Source of the DNA: an uncultured cyanobacterium
GTDB lineage: Bacteria; Cyanobacteriota; Cyanobacteriia; Phormidesmidales; Phormidesmidaceae
Reading direction: 5' to 3'
Assembly (NCBI GenBank): GCA_963793265.1
Contig: CAWBZI010000004.1
Coordinates: 544,001-608,000, forward strand
Length of the DNA stretch: 64,000 nucleotides
Made by a program: the position numbers and the translations under genes. Numbering within the stretch: position 1 is the stretch's first letter; every line of letters starts with the position of its first letter. Below the pieces are notes generated by a model that saw only the letters and a program-made list of their open reading frames with translations, searched no databases and had not been told where the DNA came from. Of this stretch, positions 1-11,366 are shown piece by piece.

Positions 1-45
1 TAGCTTCACCGATCTGCTGTCGTCTGTCGGAAGTTCGCTGCCGTT

Positions 46-1755
46 TTAAACCTTTAACAGCTCTCGCTGCCAAGGGTTTGGGGTTCTCAGCAAACTCGCG
101 ATCTCAGAAGCTACAACTGGCTTGCTAAAGTAATAGCCCTGAACTTCGGGGCAGTCATATCCTTTGATTTGGTTAAGCTGCTCCTCTGTTTCTATGCCTT
201 CAGCAATCAGCCCCATCTGCAAGCCTTTAGCCAGTGCAACAATGGCCCTGGTTATTTCAGCCGCATCGTCACTGTGAACCATGTCTTTGACAAATGCCTG
301 GTCGATTTTGAGAATATCGAAGGGGAATTTTCTTAAGTAGCTTAACGAAGAGTAGCCCGTGCCAAAATCATCTAGTGCCAAAGCAATGCCTTTGTCGTGC
401 AGTGCTTGCAGCACCGATAGCGTGTGGTCAATGTCGCCCATCAGTAAGCTTTCAGTCACTTCTAGCTCTAGAAAGCGAGGCTCAAGCTCAGTTTCATCAA
501 GCACCTGCTGAACGAGTTCAACCAGTCCAGGATGCTCAATTTGCCGGGCTGACAGATTAACGGCGACGGTAAAGTCGGGTAGACCAGACTGTTGCCATGC
601 CTTACTCTGCGCGCAAGCCTGCCTTAATATCCACTCACCAATTGGCAATATCAGCCCCGTTTCTTCTGCTAGGGGGACAAACTCAGCAGGGGAGACTTTT
701 CCTAGCTCGGGATGCTGCCAGCGCACTAAGCACTCTACCCCGACCATTTCGTTTTTGCTCCAGTCTATGCGGGGCTGATAGTGAAGAAATAGCTGATTGT
801 TTTCAAGCGCACAGCTGAGGTCATTGGTGAGCTTTCTTCGCTTCTGTAGAATGGCGGCTAGCTCAGCAGAGTAAAATTCGTAGCTGCTATTGCCTTTGCG
901 TTTTGCTTGCTGTAGCGCAGTGTAGGCGGTAGCAATAAGCTGCTCGGCGTCGTTGCCATCTGCCGGATACATAGAAATGCCGATGCTCACGCTCACACGA
1001 AGGGCATCTGAAAGACCTTCGTAAGGCTTGCTTAAAAGCGTGAGAATTTCCTGGGCGGTTGAGAAATCTGGCTTTAACGCATCGTCTTGATAGTGAAAAA
1101 TAGCGAATTCGTCATTGCCAAGTCGAGCTAAGCTGTCTTCGCTGCTGGTGTAGTGGGTTAGGCGCTGAGCGATCGCTCTCAATACGCGATCGCCAACACC
1201 ATTCCCCTCAATCCCATTCAAGCTCTGAAACCCATCGATATCAATGACATAAACGGCAACTTTTTGCTGTGGCTTTGTGGTCGCGATCGCCTTCGTTAGC
1301 TGCGACTTAAACACCTTTCGATTCGGCAGTCCTGTGAGATCGTCATAATCTTCAAGGCGACGAATCAGGTCATCTAGCTTTTTAACAATCTGGGTCGCAT
1401 TTGCCATCAATACACCCGCATCATCGGTATAGTCAGTCGGCAGATCAGGCAGCTTTTTCTTCTGCCAGTAGTCTCTTAGCGCCCGAGCCGTTTCTCCAAC
1501 TGGTGAAAGTAAGCTGTGCAAGGCCAGCAGCGTCGCGGCTGTACCTATGAGCGTTGCTACCAGCGCAATGCCAATCACTCGCAGCTTGTCGTCTGCGGCG
1601 ATTGTCGTGGTGCTAATGAAATAAAACAGTAGCGCCAGCAAAGGAATGTGAGTACCTGCAAAAGCAACGACCATCAGCTTGCTTTTATAGCTCTTGAGAT
1701 AGCTAATTCTTGAGAGAAAGAAGTAAAAGCTCATGCCTACCGAAGGAAATTTCAT
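46..1755 (-). CDS. Membrane-anchored GGDEF-EAL c-di-GMP protein (probable phosphodiesterase)
   Basis: Two N-terminal hydrophobic segments, DDLTGLPNR, degenerate RLGNDEF, ECLVRW and DDFGTGYSSL. Start uncertain: 1788 GTG, 1755 ATG or 1734 ATG. Confidence 0.9.
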   Translation of the reverse strand: MKFPSVGMSFYFFLSRISYLKSYKSKLMVVAFAGTHIPLLALLFYFISTTTIAADDKLRVIGIALVATLIGTAATLLALHSLLSPVGETARALRDYWQKKKLPDLPTDYTDDAGVLMANATQIVKKLDDLIRRLEDYDDLTGLPNRKVFKSQLTKAIATTKPQQKVAVYVIDIDGFQSLNGIEGNGVGDRVLRAIAQRLTHYTSSEDSLARLGNDEFAIFHYQDDALKPDFSTAQEILTLLSKPYEGLSDALRVSVSIGISMYPADGNDAEQLIATAYTALQQAKRKGNSSYEFYSAELAAILQKRRKLTNDLSCALENNQLFLHYQPRIDWSKNEMVGVECLVRWQHPELGKVSPAEFVPLAEETGLILPIGEWILRQACAQSKAWQQSGLPDFTVAVNLSARQIEHPGLVELVQQVLDETELEPRFLELEVTESLLMGDIDHTLSVLQALHDKGIALALDDFGTGYSSLSYLRKFPFDILKIDQAFVKDMVHSDDAAEITRAIVALAKGLQMGLIAEGIETEEQLNQIKGYDCPEVQGYYFSKPVVASEIASLLRTPNPWQRELLKV

Positions 1756-1989
1756 GCAGGTGCTCCCATCTAACGAGTGGCCAGGCACCTACAAGGTTAT
1801 ATTAACTACCTGACTTGCTAGCTATAGAACCGTAGAATTTCGGTTGCTTTTCACCCTAGCTTTAATTTATTGAGCGCTTATGCGGATTCTCGTGAAGATT
1901 TCGTAGTTGATTGCGGTTTTTAGAGACGTGGGGGCTGCGTGGGGATGCGTAGCGTAGATGTATTGATGGAAGGTGCAAGAGGGCGCAAC

Positions 1990-2027
1990 AGAAAAAGACG
2001 ACCCCTATCAAAAGGAATCGCCTCTTT
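1990..2027 (-). terminator. Probable intrinsic terminator of tldD-pmbA
   Basis: On the minus strand GAGGCGATTCCT pairs with AGGGGTCGTCTT (G-U pairs), followed by a T run, about 35 bp after the pmbA stop. Confidence 0.55.
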
Positions 2028-2061
2028 CAATATCTCTAAACTAAATGCGCCGCCTAATTTA

Positions 2062-3429
2062 CTAAGCTTCGCCCGTAATCGACAGCTCACTCACCCAAAC
2101 GCGAGGAGAGATACCGCCAGCAGTCACCTCAGCTTCAGGCTCAAGATACAAAATGCTGTTGAGCACTTCTCTAAAGTCTCCGGCTACCGTCGCAGATTCT
2201 ACGCTAATGCGCTTGCCGTCTTTAATTAGCCAGCCGTCAAAAGGCAAAGAGAAAGATCCTTGGAGTGAATTAACGCCCGCATGAAGCGCCTGCAATTCAT
2301 CAATCAAAACAACACCATCCGCGCTGTCTAACTGATAGGAACTGTCTTCTTTATCGCCTGCAGCAACGACTAAATAGTTAAGCCCAACACTCACCTTTGC
2401 ACCAATGCTTGCATGACCTGTCGGTTCAGCATTCATCCGCTTAGCGGTGCCCGCACTGTGTAAAAAGTTCTTCAGCGCACCTTTCTCAATCAGGGCCAAA
2501 CGGCGCGTCGGCGTACCTTCTCCATCGAAGGTTTCAGCCGAGACATTCTCAGCATTCAGCTCGTCATCGTATACGTTTAGCAAGGGGCTTGCGACCTGTT
2601 TGCCAATCGAGTCAACGGTAGATAAACTGCGATTGTCCAACACGCTTTGAGCGTTGTACATGTTAGAAAAAGCGCTGAGCAAGCTCAAGAAAGCTTCGGC
2701 TGAAAAGACAACCGGATACTTGCCTGACTCAATTTTTTCGTAGTCTAAATGACTGATGGTTTTATCAGCCGCTTCTTGGGTACAGCCTTTCACGTCAAGC
2801 TGAGCCAAGCCATTTTTGAACCGCATGGCTCCGGCGGCGCGAGGCTTGCGGCCCTCTTGCTCGGTTTTACCATACAGATAAATTGAGGCGTATGAGCGTT
2901 CTTCGCTGCGCCGCGCCCCTTCGCTGTTGAGGTAAAAGCGTTCGATTTCACGCTGGGCGATGCCATTGTAAGGAACAGATGCGATCGCCTCATGTGATTC
3001 CAACACCCCTTTCTCTGCACCCACCAAAGCCTCAATCAGCTCAGGCACAGGCGCAGGCTCAGCAACCGGCACATTCACCTCAACCGTTGGCGCAGTCGCC
3101 TGCGGGCTAAAGTCAGGCGCGTTCTCTTTGACGCCAAAAGCACTCGCTTCATAGGCCGTTTTAAGCGCCATTTCCAGCCCGGTTTCATCTACATCTGTTG
3201 TAGAAGTCACGCCAATCTGGTTTTTATCATTCCATACGCGCACAATCACGCTCGAACGGTTAGAGGCTTTGACCTGTTTGGGCTCGCCTTTGTCTACCTG
3301 AACGCTGGTTTCGTCTACAGAGGAGCCATAGATGTCGTATTTAGCAATGCTGAGCTTTTGTGCGATCGCCTCAGCCTGCTGCGCAATGGTTTGAACCTTG
3401 GATGTTTTCTCTGTTGTTTTATCTGGCAT
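2062..3429 (-). CDS. pmbA: TldE/PmbA family metalloprotease subunit
   Basis: 455 aa; FDGEG motif, GSFSLPFDGWLI; lacks HExxxH; directly downstream of tldD. Confidence 0.9.
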   Translation of the reverse strand: MPDKTTEKTSKVQTIAQQAEAIAQKLSIAKYDIYGSSVDETSVQVDKGEPKQVKASNRSSVIVRVWNDKNQIGVTSTTDVDETGLEMALKTAYEASAFGVKENAPDFSPQATAPTVEVNVPVAEPAPVPELIEALVGAEKGVLESHEAIASVPYNGIAQREIERFYLNSEGARRSEERSYASIYLYGKTEQEGRKPRAAGAMRFKNGLAQLDVKGCTQEAADKTISHLDYEKIESGKYPVVFSAEAFLSLLSAFSNMYNAQSVLDNRSLSTVDSIGKQVASPLLNVYDDELNAENVSAETFDGEGTPTRRLALIEKGALKNFLHSAGTAKRMNAEPTGHASIGAKVSVGLNYLVVAAGDKEDSSYQLDSADGVVLIDELQALHAGVNSLQGSFSLPFDGWLIKDGKRISVESATVAGDFREVLNSILYLEPEAEVTAGGISPRVWVSELSITGEA

Positions 3430-3430
3430 C

Positions 3431-4912
3431 TTATCGACCTCCTACTGTAATGTCGTCTACTCGAATATGCGGCTGACCCACCGTCACGTATACGCTACCG
3501 CTCACCGAGCCGCAAAACCCTGGGGCCAAACTAATATCATTCGAGCACATCGAAATCTTGTTCATAATTCCAGTGGCCTCGCCAATCAAGGTTGCGCCTT
3601 TTAGCGGCTTGGTAATCTTGCCGTTCTCAATCAGATACGCTTCATCCACCGAGAAGTTAAACTGCCCCGTTGGCCCAACGCTACCGCCGCCCATCTTTTT
3701 GCAATAGATCCCTTTTTCAACTGAAGCAAACAGCTCATCTACCGTGTGCTCGCCAGGTGCGATAAACGTATTACGCATTCGAGAAGCCGCGGCAAACGTG
3801 TAGCCCTGACGGCGACCGCTGCCCGTACGCGGATGACCCGTGCGCATTTCGCCCGCCCGATCAGAGATAAAGTTCTTCAAAATGCCATTTTCAATCAGCA
3901 GCGTCCGCTGAACCGGCATTCCCTCATCGTCCATGTCAATCGTGCCAAACGATTCAGTCGAAAGCCCTTCATCCCATGCTGTCAAACTCTCATGAGCCAC
4001 CTTTTGCCCTTTCTTGTTCATGAAAGGCGTGGTTTCTTTTTCAATTTGAGTTGTCTCTAGCAGATGGCCGCAGGCTTCGTGAAAAATCACGCCGCCAAAG
4101 TGGTTCGCCATAATAATCGGATAGTTGCCCGACTCGACATAATCGGCATAGAGCATTTTGCCTGCTGCCTCAGCTACCTTGGCCGCCGTCTCCTCATAAT
4201 CCCAAGCCGTTAGGAAGCTAGGGTCACCCGTGTTGCCCAACCGCTCACCAATGGAGGAGCGATGCTCGCCGTCAGCGCACAGTAGGTTGAAGCCCACTGA
4301 CTGAGTAAGGCGAATATCACGCGCGAAAGTCCCGTCGCTAGAGGCTACTAATACCTCTTGCCAGTCGCGAAAGTAAGCTGCCCTGCGCGCTTGGACATGC
4401 TCCGCTTTTCTCGCCAGCGCTGCATTTGCTTCTAAAAGCACCTCGCCCATCGTCTGCATAGACACGCAGCTCGCTAGCCAGTTTTCTTTGGCCCGGCTAG
4501 CGCCATAGTCCCGCAGTGGCTCCAGATTAATCTCTGGAATATTGGCATGAGGCCCTGGTAGCTCTAGGCCCATAATAGCGAGCCCTTTTTCTAACGCCGT
4601 CTTTAGCCCTTCAAAAGAGAGGTCGTTGGTGCTGACATAGCAGTCAGACTTGCCCTTGAATACGCGTACGCCTGCGCCCGACACTAAGCTAGGTGAAATG
4701 CTGGTAATCGCGTCGTCTTCGGCCAGGCAGCTAATGTAGTTTTTGCGCTCTAAAAAGAACTCTACAAAGTCAGCGCCGACCGCACGGCCTAAGCCTAAAA
4801 GAGTAGCCAGTGGCGCTTCCCAGGTTTGATCGAAGCGGTCGGGTGTGGCGGTATAGGTGAGTGAGGGAATTTGTTCTAAGCGCAGAGGCTGTTCAAAAAT
4901 GGCGGCTGGCAT
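3431..4912 (-). CDS. tldD: TldD family metalloprotease
   Basis: 493 aa; [10 protein letters not shown] zinc motif, DDEG, RMRNT, C-terminal GFCG...VGQPH. Confidence 0.93.
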   Translation of the reverse strand: MPAAIFEQPLRLEQIPSLTYTATPDRFDQTWEAPLATLLGLGRAVGADFVEFFLERKNYISCLAEDDAITSISPSLVSGAGVRVFKGKSDCYVSTNDLSFEGLKTALEKGLAIMGLELPGPHANIPEINLEPLRDYGASRAKENWLASCVSMQTMGEVLLEANAALARKAEHVQARRAAYFRDWQEVLVASSDGTFARDIRLTQSVGFNLLCADGEHRSSIGERLGNTGDPSFLTAWDYEETAAKVAEAAGKMLYADYVESGNYPIIMANHFGGVIFHEACGHLLETTQIEKETTPFMNKKGQKVAHESLTAWDEGLSTESFGTIDMDDEGMPVQRTLLIENGILKNFISDRAGEMRTGHPRTGSGRRQGYTFAAASRMRNTFIAPGEHTVDELFASVEKGIYCKKMGGGSVGPTGQFNFSVDEAYLIENGKITKPLKGATLIGEATGIMNKISMCSNDISLAPGFCGSVSGSVYVTVGQPHIRVDDITVGGR

Positions 4913-5091
4913 ACTGAATCACAAGTCCTTGGCGATAATCTCTATCCTTCAGCTTACCAAATGCGTCGATAGATGGGGCCGCTCACGGGCTGACGGTTTT
5001 CTCTACACGTGTAGACGGTACTCAAAACACTCAGGGCATTCTCATAGATAGAACCAAAATGCCTTGAAGGCGATCGCCTAGCTCTAAAAAC

Positions 5092-7681
5092 ATGAAACGA
5101 AGACTCTTCTTACTATCTCTACTTAGCGTTGTCACATTTGGTCGCACCGCGCGAGCACAGGTCATCAGCGACCAGCAAGGCACCTTTGTCAACAGCAGCC
5201 CGGCTGGTCACGTCATCATCAACACAGACCCTTCTCAGCAGCAGAACATATTTCATAGCTTCAGCCAGCTCAACACGACAGATGGAAGACTAATTAACTT
5301 TGTCGTTGGCCCTGACACGCGCAACGTCATTAGCCGGGTGACCGATACACCGACGGCTATTAACGGCATTGTCACGATCACCTCAGACGGTTTCAATCTT
5401 GCGCCTAATGTCGATTTGTTTCTACTGAGCCCTAAAGGTATCAGCTTTGGCCCCAACAGCATTACGAATATAGACGGTGCGTTTGTTGCCAGCACAGCTA
5501 GCGGGCTAGTCTTTGCCGATAGCACTGTATTTAACGCCGAGGCGGCTGGGCCTGCCACGCTTACAATCAGCACGCCAATCGGATTGCAGCTTGGCAATCG
5601 CCCAGCGCCTATCCAAGTGCAAGGGATTAATCACGTCTCTCCTACGGGCGGACTCAATACGCTATGGCGTGGACAAAATTTGTACTGGTCGGGGGAGACG
5701 TTAATTTCGATGGGGGCGGGGTGCGCCTAGCTGGTGGACGGTTACAGATAGCCGGATTGTCGGCGGCAGGGACGGTATCGCTAACAGATAGCAGTGCCTC
5801 TTCCGGGCGGTTTTTTGAGTGCGACGCTGCCCGATAAAATATTGCGTGCCGATGTTGACCTAAGCAACAATGCTCAGCTATTTGCGAATGGCCCAGTCGA
5901 AAGTGTTAGCATTGATGCCCGTAATTTGACGGCAGCTAGCAATCCCAGGGACGCCAACTGATGAGAGCACCGCAATACTATCTGGTCTATTTGCAGGTAT
6001 GTCGCTGCCCTATCAAACCGGCGATATCAATATTGATGCAACTGGCAGCGTCAATCTCACTCAAAGCAATATCTACAGTGCTCTAGACTTTGGCGCAGTT
6101 GGCAGCGTGGGCAGTGTTGATCTCGAAGCGCGATCGCTCTATCTTACAGACGGCGCTCAAATTGGGACGATTGGCCGGGGCACTGGAGACTTAGGCGATC
6201 TCACTGTTCGTATTGATGAGAGCATTGTTCTAGATGGCAAAAACAGCCTTTCTGATAGGCTTACAGGACTCTATAGCTTAGTAGGCGATTTGTTTGAACA
6301 AGAAGGGAGCGGCCAAGTTGGAGACGTTAACGTGTTTGCCAATGATTTGAAGATAATCAATGGCGCACTGATCACCGCTAGTACGCTGGGAGATGGAAAT
6401 GCAGGCAATCTCAATATCGAGGTAGATGAGAGTATTTTGCTAGAAGGCATTAACGATGTAAGCGGCATCGTTAGCAGTATCTCTAGCTCGGCTGAGTTTA
6501 CCGCCAGAGGCGACGGTGGCAGTGTCGATATTGACGCCTCAGATCTCACAATTAATCAAGGCGCGGCTGTTTTTGGACGAACGCAGGGTCAGGGAAACGC
6601 TGGCGATATCATCCTAGATGTGGATAATTTGAATATTCAAAACGGTGGCCAGATCGTCACCACTAGCTTCACGGCAGGTTCAGCGGGTGATATTACCGTT
6701 ACTGCCGGTCGCGTTCAGCTTTCGGGCACCGATCCGACTTACAACGAGCGGGTCGCGCTGACGCCTTTTAATGCGCTAGGCGGAGAGGCTAGCGGCATTT
6801 ATGCCAACACCTTTGACAATGGCGTTATTACGTCTACGGGTGCGGGCGGTAGCATCACTATTACTACAGGCGATTTGTCATTGAGCGATCGCGCGCAGCT
6901 CAGCGTCAGCTCCCAGGGCACGGGGGCTGCTGGAAGCCTGGATATTACAGCCAAGCAGCAGGTGCGGCTTGCTCGCGGCACCATACAGGCTGAGTCGCGG
7001 GGCGGCAGTGAAGGGAATGTGGTGATCGCTGCGCCTGTTTTGCTGTTGAGCGATCGCGCTCAAATCACCACCAGCGCTACCGGCACTGCCACGGGCGGCA
7101 ACATCACGCTTAACACGCCGCTGATTGTGGGCCGAGGCAATAGCGATATTGTTGCCAGGGCGACGCAGGGCGCAGGCGGCAGTATAAGCGTCAATGCATC
7201 CGGTTTGTTCGGCATTGCCCCGCGCCCTGCGCTAACGCCCAGCAGCGATATCAACGCCAGTTCTGAAGTCGGTATTGACGGCACTGTCGCAATTACCACG
7301 CCTGATATCGATCCTGATAGCGGTCTTGTTGAGCTGCCTGCAAACCCAACCGATGCCGCAAATCAGCTCACGGCTGGCTGTAGTGGCGGTCAAGGTCAAT
7401 TTATTGCCACTGGCAGAGGTGGACTACCCATGAATCCGAGTCTTATCGCGGAGAGCAATCGTCCTTGGCAAGATTTTCGAGCGATCGCAAATCTTCCTAC
7501 TCAACCTATCCCGCTCTCTTCTCTTCCAACCTCAACTTCTGACAAGACTATCGCTGAGTCGGTTGAGCCAACTGAGCCGATTGCAGAAGCCGCTAACTGG
7601 AGCCTTAATGAGAACAACGAGATTGTCTTACTAGCGGCTAATCACCTCAACCTTGATCAGGCAGCTTGTTTGAGCCAGTAG
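5092..7681 (+). pseudogene. Filamentous-haemagglutinin-like (TPS-domain) beta-helical exoprotein, broken by three single-base frameshifts (real or assembly error)
   Basis: 5' part has NIFHSFSQL, NVISRVT and LFLLSPKGISFG. The intervening frame reads VLVGGDVNFDGG...GGRL. 3' part has G-G-I-I repeats, SDINASS and FIATGRGGLP. Frameshifts at about 5679-5681, 5811-5816 and 5944-5946. Confidence 0.8.
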
Positions 7682-7753
7682 CTCTAGAATTAGCAACAAG
7701 TCGCCCAGCACTATAATTCTGAGGTGTCCTGCTGCATTCTCACAGGTTTTGCT

Positions 7754-8146
7754 ATGGTTCTCACGCTTCTCTCGCTGGTCGTTGGCTATCTTACCATTAG
7801 CGTGAGCACTGCTTTGCTATACGCCACCTGGCTAAGCGGCGCAGGAAACACTATCACGCCTCAGTTTTTAGCCTTTGCTTCGATTTGTGGTTTAGGTTTT
7901 ACCACACTCGGCGGCTGGTTGGCGGCTTTAGTCGCGCAAAGGGCTCCTGTGATTCATGCGATCGCCCTCTCCCTAATACTCACAATCATATGGAGCTTCT
8001 ACACCTTTACTAGCGAGCCACAAGAGCCACTAACCCTATCACTGCTAAACTTGGCAATCGGCACAACTGGCGTCATGACAGGCGGCTGGATTCGCCTGCG
8101 ACAGATGAAGGCTCAAAACAGAAAAATCTCTGATGAACAAACCTAG
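7754..8146 (+). CDS. Hypothetical four-TM membrane protein
   Basis: Four hydrophobic stretches; ATG at 7754 preferred over GTG at 7724. Confidence 0.7.
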   Translation: MVLTLLSLVVGYLTISVSTALLYATWLSGAGNTITPQFLAFASICGLGFTTLGGWLAALVAQRAPVIHAIALSLILTIIWSFYTFTSEPQEPLTLSLLNLAIGTTGVMTGGWIRLRQMKAQNRKISDEQT

Positions 8147-8230
8147 CCAGCAGCTTTATCACGAGTTAGCAAAGACACGATTCAGCAAGGACGCAATGTA
8201 ACCAAGGACACAATGCAACAAAGAGAGAGT

Positions 8231-8602
8231 TCATGCCGCTAATAGCTCATCTAATAGCGCCAGTAACGCTTCATGATCCACTGGCTTCACCATATGAGCA
8301 TCAAACCCCGCTGCTTTAGCCTGCTGCCGATCTTCCGGCTGGCCCCATCCCGTCAACGCTATCAGCACCATCTTTTCACCCCAGGGCTGCGAGCGAATTT
8401 TGCGGGCAACCTCGTAACCACTCAGTCCAGGCAGACCAATATCTAACAGCGCCGCATCAGGTTGAAAAGACGCTGCAACCTCTACAGCGTCTATGCCGCT
8501 ATAAGCCGATCGGGTTTCGTGCTCTGCTATCTCAAAGAGAATTTCTAGCGTCATCACCGAATCTTCGTTATCGTCTACGATCAAAATTCGACGGGTTTTC
8601 AT
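8231..8602 (-). CDS. Single-domain response regulator (REC)
   Basis: ILIVDD, LLDIGLPGLSG, IALTG, KP; ATGA overlap with the upstream kinase. Confidence 0.9.
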   Translation of the reverse strand: MKTRRILIVDDNEDSVMTLEILFEIAEHETRSAYSGIDAVEVAASFQPDAALLDIGLPGLSGYEVARKIRSQPWGEKMVLIALTGWGQPEDRQQAKAAGFDAHMVKPVDHEALLALLDELLAA

Positions 8603-10464
8603 AGCTTGTAGCTCGCTGTTGACGGTTGCGTTTTACCTTGGATTGGCTGAGTTGTTGTCGGCAGGTGTACTGCAAACTCACTGCCTTTACCAATGCCTTC
8701 GCTGCTGACATTAACAGAGCCATTATGCATTTCTACAAGCTGTTTTACCAGCGTTAAGCCAATTCCTAATCCGCCCTGTGATGAGGTTACCATTCCTGCA
8801 GAGGCCCGCTCCAAAGCGCCCTGCACCTGCGTGAAGAGATCAAAGATTTTAGGCAGCATTTCGGCAGAGATGCCAATGCCAGTATCTCTTACCACCACCG
8901 TTATCTCATCTGGCTGCACCTGTTGGGCTTCTACAAAAATCTCACTGCCTGGCTGGCTATATCGGCAAGCATTACTGAGCAAATTGCTGAATACCTGAAC
9001 TAGCCGCACAGGATCGGCATACAGGTAAACTGGCTGTGGTGGCAGTATTACCGTCAGATTATGCTTTGCGGCCTCAATCGCTGGCAGGCTAGTCTCAACC
9101 GACTGCTCAACCATAGAAGCAAGTTCGACAACTTCACAGCACAGAACTACCTTGCCCCGGCTAATTCGGCTAACGTCCATCAGCTCATCTATCAACCGCA
9201 CCATTTGAGCAAGCTGCCGCTCCATCATTGACTGAATACGTTCTGTCGTTTCGTTTCGCTCACCCCTCTTTTCGGCGGTGAGCCGCAGTATTTTTAGGCC
9301 ATTGCGAATAGGCGCTAGCGGATTGCGCAGTTCGTGAGCAAGTGTGGCTAAGAATTCGTCTTTGCGATGATTGGCTTCTGCTAAATTCGCGGCGAGCTGG
9401 CGGCGTTCAGCCTCAGTGCGCTTATTCTCTTCAATGTCAGTGCAGGTACCGAACCATTGGGTAATGCGGCCTGTTTCATCTCTAACCGGCAGCGCTCTCG
9501 CTAAAAACCAGCAGTATTCACCTTCTTTTGAGCGAAAGCGATACTCAATTTCGTAGGGTTCGCCTGTGCGTAGGGAATGCTGCCAGCGATCAATAGCCAC
9601 CTGCCGATCGTCTGGGTGTAGGGGCGCATTCCAACCAAAGCCAATGCATTCTTCAGGGGTACAGCCGATGTAGTCGTACCAGCGGCGATTGTAGTATTCG
9701 TGGTAGCCGTCGGGCCTTGTTACCCATACCATTTGCGGCATCGCATTTGTAATTTGGCGAAAGCGCTGTTCGCTGGCCTGCATAGAAGCGGCTGCCTGCT
9801 GCCGGGCTTCTAGATACTTTCTTAGCGCCGTGAGAAAAGCCAGCAGAGCGGCGAGCGCTAGCAGGCCGGAGAAAAGCCCGGTGAATACAGCCGTGCGGTA
9901 GGTTTGCTCGGCCTGTTGCGATCGCGCCTCCAAAGCCACCTGCTCAGTTTGAATCATCTGATCGGCAATGGATCGAATCGCATCCATTTCCCGCCTGCCC
10001 TCATTTGTAAAGACGCGCTTTTGGGCAGCTTCAAGACCAGAATTTTGCCTCAGTGCAATTGTGTCGGCCAGCTCGCTCAGCCTTATCTCGGTATGAAAAT
10101 TCATGTCTAGTGCGCGGGCCTGCTGCCGTGGGTCACGCGCAAACAGACGGTCTACTACCTGTAGTGCTTCGCCAATATTATCGACAGCCTGGCTGTAAGG
10201 CTCTAGATAAGCAGACTCTCCTGTTAGCAAAAAACCTCGCTGTCCGGTTTCAGCATCTACTGCCAGCGATACAACGTCTTCTATACTGGCAATTCGCTCG
10301 TAGGTGTGCGCGACCTGCTGGGTGTTTCTTTGTAGCCTGTGGATGTTGCGAGAGGTGATGGCGACGTTAGCAGCTAGGAGTGCGATCGCCACACCCGCTC
10401 CGGCTAACAAAGGCAGAGATTTGCGGTAAAGGGCGCGATCGCCGCTGTGACGTTGCTCAATCAT
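8599..10464 (-). CDS. CHASE3-PAS sensor histidine kinase
   Basis: DAETGQRGFLLTG (CHASE3), PAS_3-type HPDDR...WFGTCTDI, H-box AHELRNPL, N box NLLSNA, DTGIG, GLGIGL. Confidence 0.93.
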   Translation of the reverse strand: MIEQRHSGDRALYRKSLPLLAGAGVAIALLAANVAITSRNIHRLQRNTQQVAHTYERIASIEDVVSLAVDAETGQRGFLLTGESAYLEPYSQAVDNIGEALQVVDRLFARDPRQQARALDMNFHTEIRLSELADTIALRQNSGLEAAQKRVFTNEGRREMDAIRSIADQMIQTEQVALEARSQQAEQTYRTAVFTGLFSGLLALAALLAFLTALRKYLEARQQAAASMQASEQRFRQITNAMPQMVWVTRPDGYHEYYNRRWYDYIGCTPEECIGFGWNAPLHPDDRQVAIDRWQHSLRTGEPYEIEYRFRSKEGEYCWFLARALPVRDETGRITQWFGTCTDIEENKRTEAERRQLAANLAEANHRKDEFLATLAHELRNPLAPIRNGLKILRLTAEKRGERNETTERIQSMMERQLAQMVRLIDELMDVSRISRGKVVLCCEVVELASMVEQSVETSLPAIEAAKHNLTVILPPQPVYLYADPVRLVQVFSNLLSNACRYSQPGSEIFVEAQQVQPDEITVVVRDTGIGISAEMLPKIFDLFTQVQGALERASAGMVTSSQGGLGIGLTLVKQLVEMHNGSVNVSSEGIGKGSEFAVHLPTTTQPIQGKTQPSTASYKL

Positions 10465-10604
10465 TCAAACAATAGCGGTTTTATCACACTAGCTAGCCAG
10501 AATAGATCGGAAGTTATTTAGGATCCAACAAAAGATATTAATATTCTTGCAGAAAAAACGAGTCTTTCTAGGAATAGATGAACTTAATGAGTGAGTGCGA
10601 TCGC

Positions 10605-11204
10605 TCAGCGTCCTGCTTTTAAAACTTGCTCTGCCGTAAGATCTAACTTCGGAAAGCTCACAGATTGTAGTGAATCCTGATTACAAAAAGTGCCTAACAA
10701 GCTGTAAGTATTGTCATTCAGCACCAGTACCAATACCCTCTGATGCGTTGGATCGACAATCCAATATTCCATAATGCCTCTCGCTGCATATTCCTGTCGC
10801 TTGTCTATATAGTCGCGGTCATAGTTCTTTTCTCCCGGCTCTCCAGGACTGACGACCTCTATAACTAACTGAGGCGCAGGCATATCAGGCAGAACTATCG
10901 ATCGCGTAGCTCCCGCGAGTTTTGTATCTAATGCTTCAGTCATCACCATCAAGTCTGGATAGCGAGTTTTCGCTGCGCGGCTGCTAATAGCAATCTCAGT
11001 TTTGGATGAGAGGAGATAGTGAGGAATACCCAAGCTTATAAAGTGCGCAAAGAGGAAGTTAGCGATTTGGACATTAAGAGTGCTTTCTGCTCCCATTTCT
11101 ATGATGACTCCATCAACTAGCTCGTAACGCTTCTCTTTGCCATCGATGTAAGCTAAATACTCATCAAGACTCATTAAGGTCTGTGCGGTAACGCTCGTGT
11201 CCAT
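10605..11204 (-). CDS. Uma2 (DUF820) family putative endonuclease
   Basis: YELVDG, RYPDL, LVIEVVSP, KRQEYAARGIMEYWIVDP. Confidence 0.9.
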   Translation of the reverse strand: MDTSVTAQTLMSLDEYLAYIDGKEKRYELVDGVIIEMGAESTLNVQIANFLFAHFISLGIPHYLLSSKTEIAISSRAAKTRYPDLMVMTEALDTKLAGATRSIVLPDMPAPQLVIEVVSPGEPGEKNYDRDYIDKRQEYAARGIMEYWIVDPTHQRVLVLVLNDNTYSLLGTFCNQDSLQSVSFPKLDLTAEQVLKAGR

Positions 11205-11298
11205 CCCATCAGCCTCTTGCAACTAAGAATTCTGATTTATTGTAACGAAACAGATATTTTGAAAAATCTTCTAAAACCCCGCTTCCGGCCATACAACA

Positions 11299-11334
11299 GC
11301 AGAAAACCCGCTGTATAGATATGGCGGGCTCTGC
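11299..11334 (-). terminator. Probable intrinsic terminator of ndhD
   Basis: CCCGC...GCGGG stem followed by TTTTCT on the minus strand, about 30 bp after the ndhD stop. Confidence 0.55.
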
Positions 11335-11366
11335 AATAGGACTATTTCATTTGCTTCACCGTGCTA

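Noticed and set aside
2062..4912. TldD/PmbA as part of a RiPP (microcin-like) cluster
   Set aside because: No precursor peptide, YcaO or transporter nearby; the pair is a common housekeeping locus.
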